NCBI GenBank assembly: GCA_028534125.1
Contig: CM052817.1
Location: forward strand, 83,330,001 to 83,394,000
Origin: Lama glama
Taxonomy: Eukaryota
Direction: 5' to 3'
Length of the DNA: 64,000 bases
Each line of letters begins with the position of its first letter. The first letter of the stretch is position 1. The position numbers were made by a program, and so were the translations under genes. The notes under the pieces were generated by a model. That model was not told where the DNA came from. It did not search any database and saw only the letters and a program-made list of their open reading frames with translations. Of this stretch, positions 26,141-39,147 are shown in pieces.

Positions 26141-26860
26141 ACTTTAATTATATCTGGTCATATCTAGAGATGGATAAAGGCGGAAAGGGTAGAAAAATGT
26201 GTGTTTACCTGTACCCATACTATTTCATTTCTCTAAAAAGATAACTACTTTGAACATGTATCAGAAGTAAGAAGTAGATTTGTGTTAAGCCATGTGATTT
26301 AGGAGTTCTTTGTTAATTCAGCATAACTAGTTCATTTGACTTACATAGAGAGAAAGATAAACAATACAGGTAAGTAAATTATGAACTGAAATTAAAATGG
26401 AAAAGAAAGTACAGCCCAACTTCTGTATGAAACAAATATGAATGCACCTATAAAATGGAAAACAAAGTACACAGGTAAGCACATCATACATTAAACTTTA
26501 CCCAAATATTCCCATTTTTACGTTACTCTAATCTACACTAAAATGAAATTTCTGCTATTAAATGTTTAACCCTGATAAAAGGCAACATGCAATCACCAAA
26601 TGAGGTTAGAAACACTCATGACTAATAAGTCAGAAATATAAGATCTTATTGGAAGCAAGATGGACACAGTAAGCAGGACCCAGTGCAGCGCAGAAGAATC
26701 CAAAGTTCATCTTCCCTTGGGGATGGGCTGAGTAATAGCAGCAACAGATACAGTATGTGCACTGATTCTGAGAAACTGAGTGCTTGCTAAGACATCACTT
26801 TCACCACCCCAAGAAAACCTACACTAACCATTCCTTTACTCCTATTTGTCCTCCCCTACA

Positions 26861-26932
26861 AATAAATGAGTAAGTAAGTAAGTAAGTAAATAAATAAATA
26901 AATAAATAAGCAATCAAGCAAGCTAGCTAGCT
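26861..26932. repeat. Compound tetranucleotide repeat (TAAG)n-(TAAA)n-(CAAG/CTAG)n
   Basis: Directly visible 4-bp periodicity. Confidence 0.85.
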
Positions 26933-27524
26933 CTTTTGATTCTTGTATTAAACACCATCAGCAAGACCACTTCCACATCTAGGGAAGAAAGCAGGATCAG
27001 TTCCCAGGAGGTTCTTGAACAACATCTCTGCCTCTTGCTTTCCAATAACACCCATTTATCCACATTCTATCTACTAACTCAGAACCTTAAATGAGTGGCT
27101 TTGATGTAAATTTAGTCTAAGGACAAAAATAAATCCATTTTTCTCACATTATCTTTGAGATGATCTTTTAAGTTTTAGGTGATGTAGTCGACTAGTGAAA
27201 CTGAAAAGAGAAATGAACTAAGTATGAAAAAGCCCTATGACACAAAGTAAGTAAATCAAGAGCAAAGACTGGGATAGAATCAGATCACAAGTCACCTGAA
27301 AGAGTACAGAGAAGCAAAGAGGCAAGCACAGGGAGAAAAGGTCCCAGCAGTGGATGAGCCCTGGCAAAGGAGCAAAGAAACACATGGGACAGTTCTGTAT
27401 GACTGCACTGCTTGACAAATCCTATAATACATTTGCACTTGGTAGTAATCAAATCACTGAACATGTAAGCAACAATTAGTTCATTCCTCTCTGTCTAACA
27501 TAATGATGAAAAAAGAAATATACA

Positions 27525-27960
27525 TATTGTGGATGAGGGTGCAGAAGATGGACACTCCCATATACTATAAATAAGAGCATTCATTGGTATAATCACTTTT
27601 GGGTTATGGACCAAATTTAAAATCTTATACATTCTCACCTTAAAATTCTACTTACATGAGTTTATTTTTGGAAATAACAGCACAGATTACAAAATAATTT
27701 ACAAAGAAAAAAATTATATACAGCCTTAACCAGCCAACAAGATGACATATTAAATCATGAAACATCCATACAGTACAATTTCTGAAATGACTGAAAATAC
27801 ATAATAGAAGACTACTGAAGAATGAAAATATATCCATGATATTTTTATTAAGAAAGGCAGGTTATAAAATAGCATATATAGTATAATCCCAATTTTGTAA
27901 AATGTACACACATACATGTTCATACCCAAACATGTGAGCACACATCCATAATAACTGAAT
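27525..27960 (+). mobile_element. Very old L1 (L1ME-type) 3' fragment
   Basis: cactcccatatacta, aaacatccatacagtacaa, atatccatgatatttttattaagaaaggcaggttataaaatagcatatatagtataatccc. Confidence 0.6.
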
Positions 27961-30221
27961 AATACACCCTTTTGCAAAAGTCACCTACCTCTGGATCACA
28001 GGCATCTTGGCAATTTCATTTGGCCTTTTCTTCAGAGTAGAACACAGCAAGGTTCCTAAGGAACATGCTAAATAAAAAAGTTCTATGTCACTGGTTTGTG
28101 TTTGCTGAGTGAACTAGTCTAGCTGAAAGGAAGAGTCGCAATGCTTAGGGCAACAGAGGACATCCCACTGGAACGGTTTGGGCTGTAGCTTGTGAAGGAA
28201 GAAAGAGAGATAGGGCAGATAGCAAGAGAAACAAGGGAAAGAGAACAAAGATGATAGAGTATTTTAAGAAGTTCCGCATTGTGGTCTGTGACTAAATTGC
28301 TCTTCTGTCATGTCATGAGAATTTCAGTAAATGCTGCAGCACTTGACAATACTTCTAGAGTGGGCTTTGTGGTAGGGTTTGAGGAAAATTTTGTTTATTG
28401 GATTTATTGACTTGTTCTGATCGAGGTTTTTAGAGATGTGACAAAACGCTAAACAGGAAAGTCCACTGGTATTGGTGATGCCCAACAACAGATACCAGGA
28501 ACTAAATCACTAGGAGAGTCAGGTTCAAGGTAAGAAATTCAACTCAGTTCGGCATAAGGACAGAACTTCCACACTACAGAACTGCAGTACTAATCAGGAG
28601 CCCACTCTCTGGGGTGTACAGAAAACACAACAGGCCAAATATTTTAGGATGGGCTTTTACAAAGAAAACCAAATCATTTGGGCACAGAAGTACCTAAAAC
28701 AGAGAACAACATTTTATAAGAACATTAGCCAATTAGTTATTTGAACAGCTCTCATTAAACTCCTCTGAGTAATACAAAGACTATATCTAGAATGTAAATT
28801 AGCACTAAGCCTAAAATTGAAGGAGGGTGTTGTAGTAGCAGATGTAGAAAAACATGAATTTTGGAAGCCAGGCAAACAATTACACTTCTCATTTACCATG
28901 AATTTCTAAAGCCAAAAAACTTTGTTCAAAGGTCAAAGTCCTTTCAAAAATAAACTTTGGTATTAAAAATAAGTAAACTGCCAATTATTTCAACATTCTG
29001 AAGTGCTCCTGCATTTTAATACTAACCAGAAGAGCATTTCTATCTGTAAAAGTAGTAAGACTTTACTTTGTGCCCCACCCCCATCAATACAGACATCTGA
29101 AATAAAGGACTTGGGGAGGTAACCTGAGCTTCATAAAGACTCGAGATATGACTGCAGACATTACAAGAACTTTCCTACAGAAAAAGAGAAAAAGTAAAGA
29201 TTGGTTTTGCTATTAAAGATAACACTTCACCAATAATCTTATCCTTGTTTTATCTAAAGAGTTCACCAAAGAAAACATGGAAAAAAGAAAAATACTCAGT
29301 GTCTTGTTGACATTAATTCAAAAGACACTTATGTCCCACATTCTGCAACTTCCAGTTTGAGCCTTGATTTCCTGGGTAATCTACAACTGAGAAAATGCAT
29401 CTAAACCTACTACAATGACATTTCAGTTGGATGTCATTATGCCTGAGCATTAAAAGAGAATAAAGAAGCTCATAAGTCTTAAATTTTCCCATATTTAAAT
29501 GACAGTATGGCCCTTTGCATGTGATAGTGTAATAAAATACATGCTCTATATTCTGCAACAGTGTCTATAAGACATACTACTTGCAAGTGTAAACTGCAAG
29601 ATTAGGAGTTAAACCCTAAATTCATCGAGATCTTAGCCTGACAATGAAAAATTGACAGTGATCAAGAGGCATGAAAGAGAAATTAAGATGACAGTGAAGA
29701 CTCTAGAATAATGCTTAAGAAAGTGCTTAACACTGGCACTGGCCAAAAAGGTCACCATGTTGCTATACAGATGCATCTACGGTGTAATTCACTTTGTGAA
29801 GTCATAGATAAGCTCCATATTACCCAAAGGGGGAGTTGTACAGCTGAAGAGAGAAGGAACTCGGTATTACTCATCACTGTAAACCCAATCCTGACACCAA
29901 GTAAGTGTTCAATAAATGTACTGAGGAAATTAATTAATGCAAAAATGAACAGGTCAGGCTCTGAGCAGATATTGAGTAAAATGTAAAAGGGAACAATATG
30001 AATAGGAAGCCTATCCTGCAACGTAATTGAAGGGTACTTGTTTAGACATCAAAACCCTCTCTAACAGAAAAGTACATCCCTCTGCCCAGAAGCCCCAGCA
30101 GCACACACCTTGAGTACTTCGGTCCTGGTTTAGATTCCAGAAGAGCAATGGCTCTTATGCGGCCTAAGCTGGACACTGGCAAGAGAATGGGTGAAGCTAG
30201 AATCCACTCAAGAGAACATGA

Positions 30222-30470
30222 CAACAGTAAGAGTAGCTACCACTTACTAAATGTTTACCATGTGACAGGTACCATACTAACCACTTTCCAGGCTTTACTT
30301 ACTCCTCACAAAATACTTTGAGATGTGTATCATTATTCTCATTTTACAGATGAGGAAACTAAAAGCCACAGAGTTAAAGCTGCTTATCCAATGTCACATA
30401 GCTAATAAAAAAAATGAATCTAGGATTTGAAAAAGGTCTGTCTAATCACAAAGATATTTCTATCACAACA
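30222..30470 (-). mobile_element. MIR SINE
   Basis: agctaccacttactaaatgtttaccatgtgacagg...attctcattttacagatgaggaaact...gtcacatagctaata...ggatttgaa. Confidence 0.85.
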
Positions 30471-31734
30471 CCTTCTGGAATGATAGAGTAGCTCCTAGTT
30501 TTTGGAGGTTCCAAGAGTCTAATTACATTCAATCCCTTCAAGTTTATCCTAACCCTCAAAACCAGTTTGGTATAGCAGAGTCACGATGACCACCCTGGAA
30601 CAGAATTCCCTGTGACACTTCCAGACTTTTTTAACAAACACATTTCACTATGCATGAGATGTCCTTTATAGCTAATTGACATCTTTGTAATCTGGAGAGA
30701 AACTGAATAGGAGAAAAGAAAAAAAAAAGTGTGAGGAAAAGGAGGAGTAGGTAGGGAGAGGAATTAAGAAAAATAACAAAACGGCAAGGGTACAAAGGGA
30801 AAGGGAAAAACAGAGGCTGAGACAGACACCAGATTATTATTTGAAAGCTGTTACAATGCTAAATGAAACCTGGGACTCCAGGGTCTTTGAGAAGTAAGTG
30901 TGAAGAAATGAGAGACTTCTGCCAATAGACCCAATAAAAATAAGCAGTTACAACAGTGCAGCCCATTGTTTAAATCTTCTTTAGCCTACTTACTAAATTT
31001 AAACACGACATCCAGTTTCAAAAATTCTTTCCACTGTTTTATTTGTTTTTTTTTTAATGCAGGTTGAAGTTGGAACTTTCTCTGTTCCTTTTCTCCATCT
31101 TTCAAATAAGTTCTAATAACAGATTTTCTCAGATCCCTGCATCACCAAGACTCGCAATGCATACACATGTCCAACTATGTTTCTAAGGATCTTTGGACTA
31201 TTTTTCTGGTGATCTCTTTACGGTTTTATTTTGCCCTGTCATTACTACTTTTACCTGAAGAAAGCTGGATTTAAGTAGTTCATCTAGTGGTACTCATGTT
31301 TTTTCCAGTGAAATTAAACAACTATGCTATAACTCCAAAACCAAGGCTTCGGCATCACATTAGTTTGATGCAGTTTTACTTTTTACCTTCAAATTACTTT
31401 AATCAACCGTTTCCCTCTCCAGCTCGTAACAAGCGGTTAGTCATGTCAACAACACTACCCTGGTGCCATACTGGATTTCCTCACCACTCATCCTCTGCCA
31501 CAACCACTGTCACATTGCGCAGCATTAAAGTTGTATGTACCATTCACTAGGTGCCAGGAACCAGGCAAGGCCATTCCACAATCATGGACAAACTCCATAA
31601 TCTTTCTCCTCTGATGTATCCAGGCTAAAGAGTATTTTCTGAAAGAGTTCAGAAACTAGGTCAATTTTTTCTACCATATAGTCATACTACTCAATCTGAG
31701 CTGGACTCTTAAGTTTGTTCAGAAATTCATCCTC

Positions 31735-31900
31735 TCATCAGTATGTATAAATATCTGTTCAGCCTCTCCACATGCCAAGCCCAATTCTAGGCACTGGAAC
31801 TATGATGAATAAATCAATCAGATGCAACCCCCAACATCATGAGGTTTACAATTTCTAAGAAAGACAAAAGTATAATATCAACTAATGGTAAATGTCATAA
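31735..31900 (-). mobile_element. L2 3'-end fragment
   Basis: aaatatctgttcagcctctccacatgccaagcccaattctaggcactgga...catgaggtttaca. Confidence 0.55.
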
Positions 31901-32116
31901 AGAAGCAGAGATCCATCTAAATTTGGTTCCCCAACACATTTCCTTTAGCGGATCTTCCAATTCCTTTTCACTTTTCTCATATCTGCAATCCTAGGTATAC
32001 ACTCCCTTAAATCTCTGTAGATTACCTTTCCTCCAATTGTATAGATAAGATACAGGCTAGACATCATTTATACTCTTGGCTCCTCTACAGCTCAAAATAT
32101 CTCTGTACCTTCACTG

Positions 32117-32610
32117 CTATATCAGGGAAAATGCTGTTAGTTGCAAGTTAAAATAAATCCAACTCAAGCTGGTTTATACAATAAAAGGAATTCATTGATT
32201 TATGTAACTGAAAATTCTAGAAGTAACCAGGCTTTGGGCACATGGTAAAAGATTCAGTTCTTGTGATCTCTATTCTGCCCTTTTCCATATTTAAACTTCA
32301 TGTCAAACTGCCTTCCTCTAAATGAAAGATAGCTGCCAGCAGAGGGCTTCCTCATTCACATCCTGGGAGTTAAAGTGAGTCACTTTTAAAGCATCATAAA
32401 AATCCTAAACTCTGGCTAAACTATCACTGAAACAATTACCAGGAAATGCCTTGGGGACGATTGGATTGAGTCCGAGTTTATCAGAGGAGCAAAGCAGGGA
32501 GGATTACACTGATTTGCTTAGGCCAGTCAGGAACAACCTCAAAGCTGGGGTCAAGTCCACTAACCTACATGGCTAGGGCATGGTGGCATGAATAACGAGA
32601 CCACCACATG
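32117..32610 (-). mobile_element. MaLR LTR (MLT1K/L-like)
   Basis: gttgcaagt...aactcaagctggttta...aaaaggaattcattgatttatgtaactgaaaattctag; aagatagctgccagca; ctgatttgcttaggccagtcagg. Confidence 0.7.
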
Positions 32611-32949
32611 TTCCTTTATTTATTCTTTCCTCCACTGTATGTTCCTGAAGCAGTAGCATACTTCCTCCTTAAGATAATTTGAATTTTGGTATGACCACTG
32701 TTCTAAAAAATTACACAAAATAAATCTGAAATTAAGATATACATAAGAGTAATTCAAATAAATGTTTAAATTGCTGCTATATTTAATTGTGTAGCCAAAT
32801 TACTTTTCTACTGCCTACTTTGATTAGCTGATGAGTCCTATACACTTTTTTCAGGTGTATTTATTCTGTATATGCTGCATCTCTTACCGTATCTGTATCC
32901 AATGACTGTTAAAATAACACTAACTCAAGAAAGGCAAAGTAACCAAGGC

Positions 32950-33115
32950 ATTAGAGATCAATATCTAGGTCACCCTACCAGGAAAAAAACACAGACTAGC
33001 TAATGTTTTGGACAAAAGAAAGGGAAATTTAAACTGGATAGTGGAGGAGAGACATTCTGAGTATCAATTATGTCCTTGAGACCAGCCTCAGTAGCAAGAA
33101 CTACAGAGCTTGTTT
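32950..33115 (+). mobile_element. ERVL-type internal-region remnant (3' end of pol)
   Basis: taggtcaccctaccagg...aaagggaaatttaaactggatagtggaggag...tatcaattatgtccttgagaccag resembles the ERVL-int 3' region from recall. Confidence 0.5.
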
Positions 33116-35540
33116 CACTAATCATATTGACTCAAGACTTTTAGATGATAACAAGTGGCCTTTGCTTTGACGAAGACACTAAAGTGACTGAAACTGTAAC
33201 TTTCCTTATAAAGGATAAATAAAAACACATGTTCTCCCAAAAATGGAGGCCCTATATTACACGTGGGAGCTAACTATCATGGGAGAATACATGTAGATCT
33301 ATATCAGATAAAATTTATAGACAATCTCAGGTAAGCCAAGCTCCCAGGATTTGAGATGCTTGCTCAATTAGGTTTTCTTATACTTCCAACAAGCTCTGTT
33401 ATTAAAAAAATTAGTAAGGAATATGAAATTTTTTAAAGTTGCCCCATTTAACATTAAGCATCTATCTTTCACATGACATAACAGTAATAAAGGAATCAGA
33501 ACAAAATAACCAGTTAATTAGACTTAACTCTAATATTATCATGCACACATTAAATCATTCTTCATTATTATGAGAAATTTTGGGATATTATACTGACTCT
33601 GATCATCATCTATGAACATCTACAAATAATAAACATCACCTATCAAGGTCTTAGCAAAGCATACGAGTGACAATTAAACTAACAGTGACTTACAGGGATT
33701 GAATACTGGATGTCAGAAATTTTCATGAATAAGCTTTTTCTTTTTTACTTCAAGAGAACACAGTGAGAGATTGTACACATACATTCCCTCAAAATGAAGC
33801 TGATTTCTTTCCCAGGAACAAAAAATATCTCAAGCATAATGGCCCACTGGGGTCCAATGCAGTAGAAGAAATGCACTGATAGACACAGACCATAACATAT
33901 TTGTTCCCATTCCAGCTATTTGCTACTAGGCAGGTACAAATTCAGTACACTTTTACAGTTTCCCATCACTACTAAAAGAACATTTATCTTTTCTGTCTTT
34001 ACCAGGTCTAGCTATAAGCTTCCTATGTGGCTACTCTACAGTTTCTTAAACTCAAGTAGTAGAACTGTATGTTTACCTGTAAAATGTTACCGTGGAATCA
34101 GAAAATGTATAATGATTACTTTCGGTGATTTATTCATCAGGGTAAAATTTTCATTATTACACTAAATCTAATTTTCAAAACTAGTTGCATAAAACTAAAG
34201 TTATTTTTACCTTCAATCTATTTGAAGCACTGTGCTATCCTCTATGCATAGTTTTTACTTTTATCTTAAAGAGAGCAGCACTTTTTGAGAGGGGAATCAA
34301 GATGGCAGAGCAGGAAGATATGGAGTTCACCTCTCCCCATGAACACATCAAAAAAACATTTACACGTAGAACAACTCTCATGGAAAACTAACTGGAAATC
34401 AACAGAACTCCTACACAACCAAAGCTGCAAGAAAGATCTCTACAAAACTAAGCAGGATGGGAACAAAGGGCATCAGGTAGAGACAGATTCCCTTAAGAGG
34501 GATCTGTAAGGAAGAAAAGGTCAAAATGAATGGATTCTTGTCCTGGGAAGTGCGCAAGTATACCCACAATCTGAGCATCCCAGTCCTGGGGACCTGCATG
34601 CAGGAGACAAGCCCCCTTACCTGCCAGGAAATCCACTGAGACAAATAGAAGGGCTGGGTAAGTCTAGCCTTTATTCACAAGGAGTGCACATGTCCTGGTT
34701 TGCTAACAATTAGGAAGCAGAACCTTGCCTTGGTGACTATCGCCCTGCTACACTTCCCAACCCAAAGAGGCAAATGCCCCATCTCTGCACTCCACTCCAC
34801 AGCCTGGCACACGATCAGGGCAAAGATCTGGTCTAGCCATTTATAACAAACCCATAGCCAACATAATACTCAATGATGAAAAGCTGAAAGCCTTCCCACT
34901 AAATTCAGGAACAAGACAAGGATGCCCGTTTCACTGCTTCTATTCAACAGAGTATTGGAAGTCCTAGTCAAAGCAATCAGATAAGAAAAAGAAATAAAAG
35001 GTATCCATATTGGAAGGAAAGAGGTATAACTGTCACCATTTGCAGATGGCATGATTCTCTTTATAGAGAACCCTAAAGTCTCCACATAAAAACTATTAGA
35101 ACTAGTAATAGAATTCAGCAAGGCAGCAGGAAACAAGATTAATATACTGAAATCTGTTGCATTTCTTTACACTACTAATGAAATACCAGAATGAGAAAGT
35201 TAAAAAAAAAATTTAAATCACCATAAAAGAAAAAAAAATAAAACTAAGAATAAACTTAACCAAGGAAGTGAAAGTCTTATATGCTGAAAACTATAAATCA
35301 CTGATAAAGGAAATCAAACGTCGTTCAAAGAAATGGAAAGATATCCCATGTTCTTGAATTGGAAGAATTAATACTGTTAAAATGGCCATACTACCCAAAG
35401 CAATCTACAGATATAATGCAATCCCTATCAAAATACCCACATTATTTTTCACCGAACTAGAACAAATAACCCTGAAATTTACATGGAACCACAAAAAATC
35501 TAAAATTGTCAAAGCAATCCTGAAAGAAAAGAACAAAGCT

Positions 35541-35709
35541 TCACAGGGAACTATATTCATTGTCTTATAGTAACTTATGGTGGAAAAGAATATGAAAATG
35601 AATATATGTATGCTCATGTATGACTGAAGTATTACACCGTACAGCAGAAATCGACACAACATTGTAAACTGAGTATACTTTAATAAAAATATATAAAAAC
35701 ATTTTTTAA
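35541..35709 (+). mobile_element. Short L1 3' tail nested in ORF2 of the host L1
   Basis: cacagggaactatattc...gacacaacattgtaaactgagtatactttaataaaaa interrupts the host codons aacaaagct|g. TSD AAAGCT at 35535-35540 and 35710-35715. Confidence 0.85.
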
Positions 35710-36033
35710 AAAGCTGATGTATAACTCTTCCAGACTTCACAGTATACTACATAGCTACAATAATCAAAACAGCATGGCACTGGCACAAAGACAAATAGAT
35801 CAATGGAACAGAATAGAGAGCTCAAAAATAAAATCACACACCTACAATCAATTAATCTATAGCAAAGGAGGCAAGAATATACAATGGAGAAAAGACAGTC
35901 TCTTCAACAAGTGGTGCTGGGAAAGCTGGACAACTGCATGTAAATCAATGAAATTATAACACTCCCTCACAGCATACACAAAAATAAACTCAAAATGGTT
36001 TAAAAATCTAAATTTAAGACATGGTTGTCCCAT

Positions 36034-36078
36034 TCTTAAGGGAATCTGTCTCTACCTGATGCCCTTTGTTCCCATCCT
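36034..36078 (-). repeat. Perfect 45-bp inverted copy of 34454-34498
   Basis: tcttaagggaatctgtctctacctgatgccctttgttcccatcct is the exact reverse complement of aggatgggaacaaagggcatcaggtagagacagattcccttaaga. Confidence 0.97.
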
Positions 36079-38049
36079 AAAGAGAACACAGGCAAACCAT
36101 TCTTTGACATAAGTTGCAGCAGTATTTTCTTAGATCAGTTTCCCAAGGCAAAAGAAATAAGAGCAAAAATAAATAAATGGGACCTAATCAAACTTAAAAC
36201 TTCTGCATAGCAAAGGAAACCATAACCAAAACAAAAAGACAAACTACAGAATGGGAGAAAATACTTTCAAATGATGCGACCTACAAGGGTAACGTTAATA
36301 TCCAAAATATACAAACAGCTCATACAACTCAATATTGAAAAAACCCAATCAAAAAATGGGCAGAAGACTTGAATAGGCATTTTTCCAAAGGAGAAATACA
36401 GATGGCCAATAGTCACGTGAAAACATGCTCAACATCACTAGTTATTAGAGAAATGCAAATCAAAACCATAATGAGGTATCAATTTACACCAGACGGAATA
36501 TCTATCACCAAAAAGTCTACAAGTAATAAATGCTGGAGAGAGTGTGGAGAAAAGGGAACCCTCCTACACTGCTGATGGGAATGTAAACTGGTGCAGTCAC
36601 TATGGAAAACAGCATGGAAGTTCCTTAAAAAACTAAAAACAGAACTACCATATGATCCAGCATTCCCACTCCTGGTTATACAACTGGAAAAAATGAAAAT
36701 TCTAATTGGAAAAGATACATGCACCCCAATGTTCACAGCAGCACCATTTACAATAGCCAAGACACGGAAACAACCCAAATGCCCATCAACAGGTGACTGG
36801 ACTGAGAAGATAATTGAAGACAGAATAGATAGACAAATGTACATATATATACACACATACAAATGCACACACACATATATATACATATGCATATACATAT
36901 ACATACTCAGCCATAAAAAAGAATGAAATACTGTCATTTGCAGCAACACAGATAGACCTAGAGAATATTATACTTAATGAATTAAGTCAGATAAAAAATA
37001 CTATATAGGACATATGTGGAATCAAAAAATAATACAATCAAATCTATATACAAAACACAAACAAACTCAGAGACATGGAAAACAAACATATTAACAAAGA
37101 GGAGAGGGAGGGAAAGAAGGACAAATTAGGAGTATGGGACTAACAGATACAAACTACTACACAAAAATAGATAAGCAACAAGGATTTACTGTATAGCACA
37201 GGGAATTATAATTCTATAACCTATTATATTGTAATAGGTTACCCAATAACCTATTATATTGTAATAACCTATAATGGAATATAATCTGAATAAGTATATA
37301 TAAATGAATCACTTCGCAGTACACCTGAAACTAATACAACATTGCATACCAACTATACTTCAATTAAAAAAAGAATAAAGGAGAGCGTAGACCTTTTCAA
37401 ACTAGAATAAATTCAAATCTTTCTGCCTGCCAGCTTCTGTAACTATGATCCTCAATATCTGATAATTATTTTAATCAGGCAATATTCTCCCAGATCATTC
37501 TTATGATCTATTCAGTCTCTTTGATCTACTTCCTATGGCTATTCCCCAGCAAGAAGTCCAAGGCCCATCATGTGGCCCATAATCTCCTCTCTGCTCCAAA
37601 TCAATCACAATCCTGACTGCAGGGTAAAGTGAACCCAGACTCTTCAGGAAGACAGATTTTCCAGGCAAAAGTAGAATTTAGGGCTGCCATCAAGACAGCA
37701 GCACTAATAAATCCCTCAGAGGTAGCTTTAAATGTCTACCCTTTAAATTTATACAAATATCATAGTGAAAACTTGCTTTGGGAGGGGCTGATGAAGGCAA
37801 AAGTTAAGAATAATTGGGTTTTTTTTTTCCAGAGCACTGAACCCTCCTCTGTGGAACCGTACCAGAAAGGCCACAGCAACTCATACAAAGCACCTTATGT
37901 TTCCCTTTCCATCTTACAAATAAAATTCCTAAGAGAGGATCTCTTGACTCTCATTTAAAACTTAGACTAGATGTGTCATTATTATCTTTCTTATGTGAGC
38001 TTTCTTTTCAAATACAATACGACGTGTAAAGTTAAAAGCTTTGCTCCTA

Positions 38050-38443
38050 TTAGATGTACCAAAAGTATGCAGAAGTAAAGTAAGGGAGAACGGTGGTCGT
38101 AAGTTACTTTTCCCACACAACACTTAGATTTTGCCATGGGATGTTACCTTTACCCTTGAACAAAGGTACAGTGATTGTCAACGACAATCACTCTGGCTCC
38201 CCTAGATCTGAAGCCTTGAATAGAGTGTCTCAAAGATGGACAATTTTTGGTTTCCATCCCAACACTGAGAGGAGCACCCTAACGTGGGTGTGCTTTCTTC
38301 CTTGCCCTAGATCTCCAGGGTTACTCTGTTTCCTGTACTTTAACATCCTTCAATTCTAAATCCATAGTTGTCTAATAAATTTCTTTTATTTTTTACTGTT
38401 TGCCAGAGATTCTTCCTATTGCAACTAAAAAGTTAAACTTACA
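38050..38443 (+). mobile_element. Old LTR remnant (late MLT1 or LTR33-like)
   Basis: Typical old LTR 3' end: ctaataaatttctttt...gccagagattcttcctattgcaactaaaaag...ttaca. Left edge uncertain. Confidence 0.45.
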
Positions 38444-38759
38444 GAAGCAGAAAATATGGACGCAAAATAGTCCTTACTAGTTGCCTAAAATCACTCTATG
38501 TGGGCAATGACCTGTGCCATCTTCGCAGCAGGCTGCCTCTACTTTAGATTTTGGAAAAACAATAAGCATGAACTTGTGTTTCATTTCCAGTTAAAGTTCT
38601 CCCTTACACATGGCCTGAATTCTCCTTGGTGTTATTTTCTGCCTCTGACCTTAGCAGGATAGATACTGAGCTATATGAAATTAATTAGATTTTTTTTTCA
38701 TTTTAATTGAAATGAGAATTAGTTTGTTAGGAAAATCACTGACTCTTTATGATAATATC

Positions 38760-39147
38760 CCAAATGTCCAACAGCAATATTAATAAAATAATTTAAGAGT
38801 AACAGTGACCCAAGGAGGTAAAACAGAAATCAGAAGTGTCAAGAAAAAGGCTAAAGGAAATTTGTTTGTTTTAAGCAAAAGAAAATTTAAGAATGCATGA
38901 TGGTTATCTTTAAATATGTGTAGAGCTACCATGTAGAAAGGTCAAAACTCAGAGTTAAAGGTGAATGCTATGGGGTGCATATTTAGTTCAGTGTGAGAAT
39001 TGCCTTTCAACTACAATTTCTCAAAAAAGGAACTAGCCATAGGGTTAAACAGAAAGTTTTCCACCTCTGGAAATGTTTAGGAAGAGGCATAAACAACATC
39101 TGTATGGAAAGCTAGATGATTCAACTCTCAGATCCTATAGTTCTATG
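38760..39147 (+). mobile_element. L3/CR1 3' fragment
   Basis: atctttaaatatgtgtagagctaccatgtagaa, atttagttcagtgtgagaa, ctggaaatgtttaggaagaggc; ends gatcctatagttctatg. Confidence 0.6.

Larger units (their letters stand above)
34287..37376 (+). mobile_element. Rearranged L1: 5'UTR start fused to mid-ORF2, with 3'UTR and tail
   Basis: Starts gaggggaatcaagatggcagag (L1 5' end with YY1-like core). Jumps at ~34835 into ORF2 RT sequence. ORF2 pieces 35382.., 35717.., 36369.. ([14 protein letters not shown]), 36591... Degenerate TSD aaagagagc...ctttt on both sides. Confidence 0.9.
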
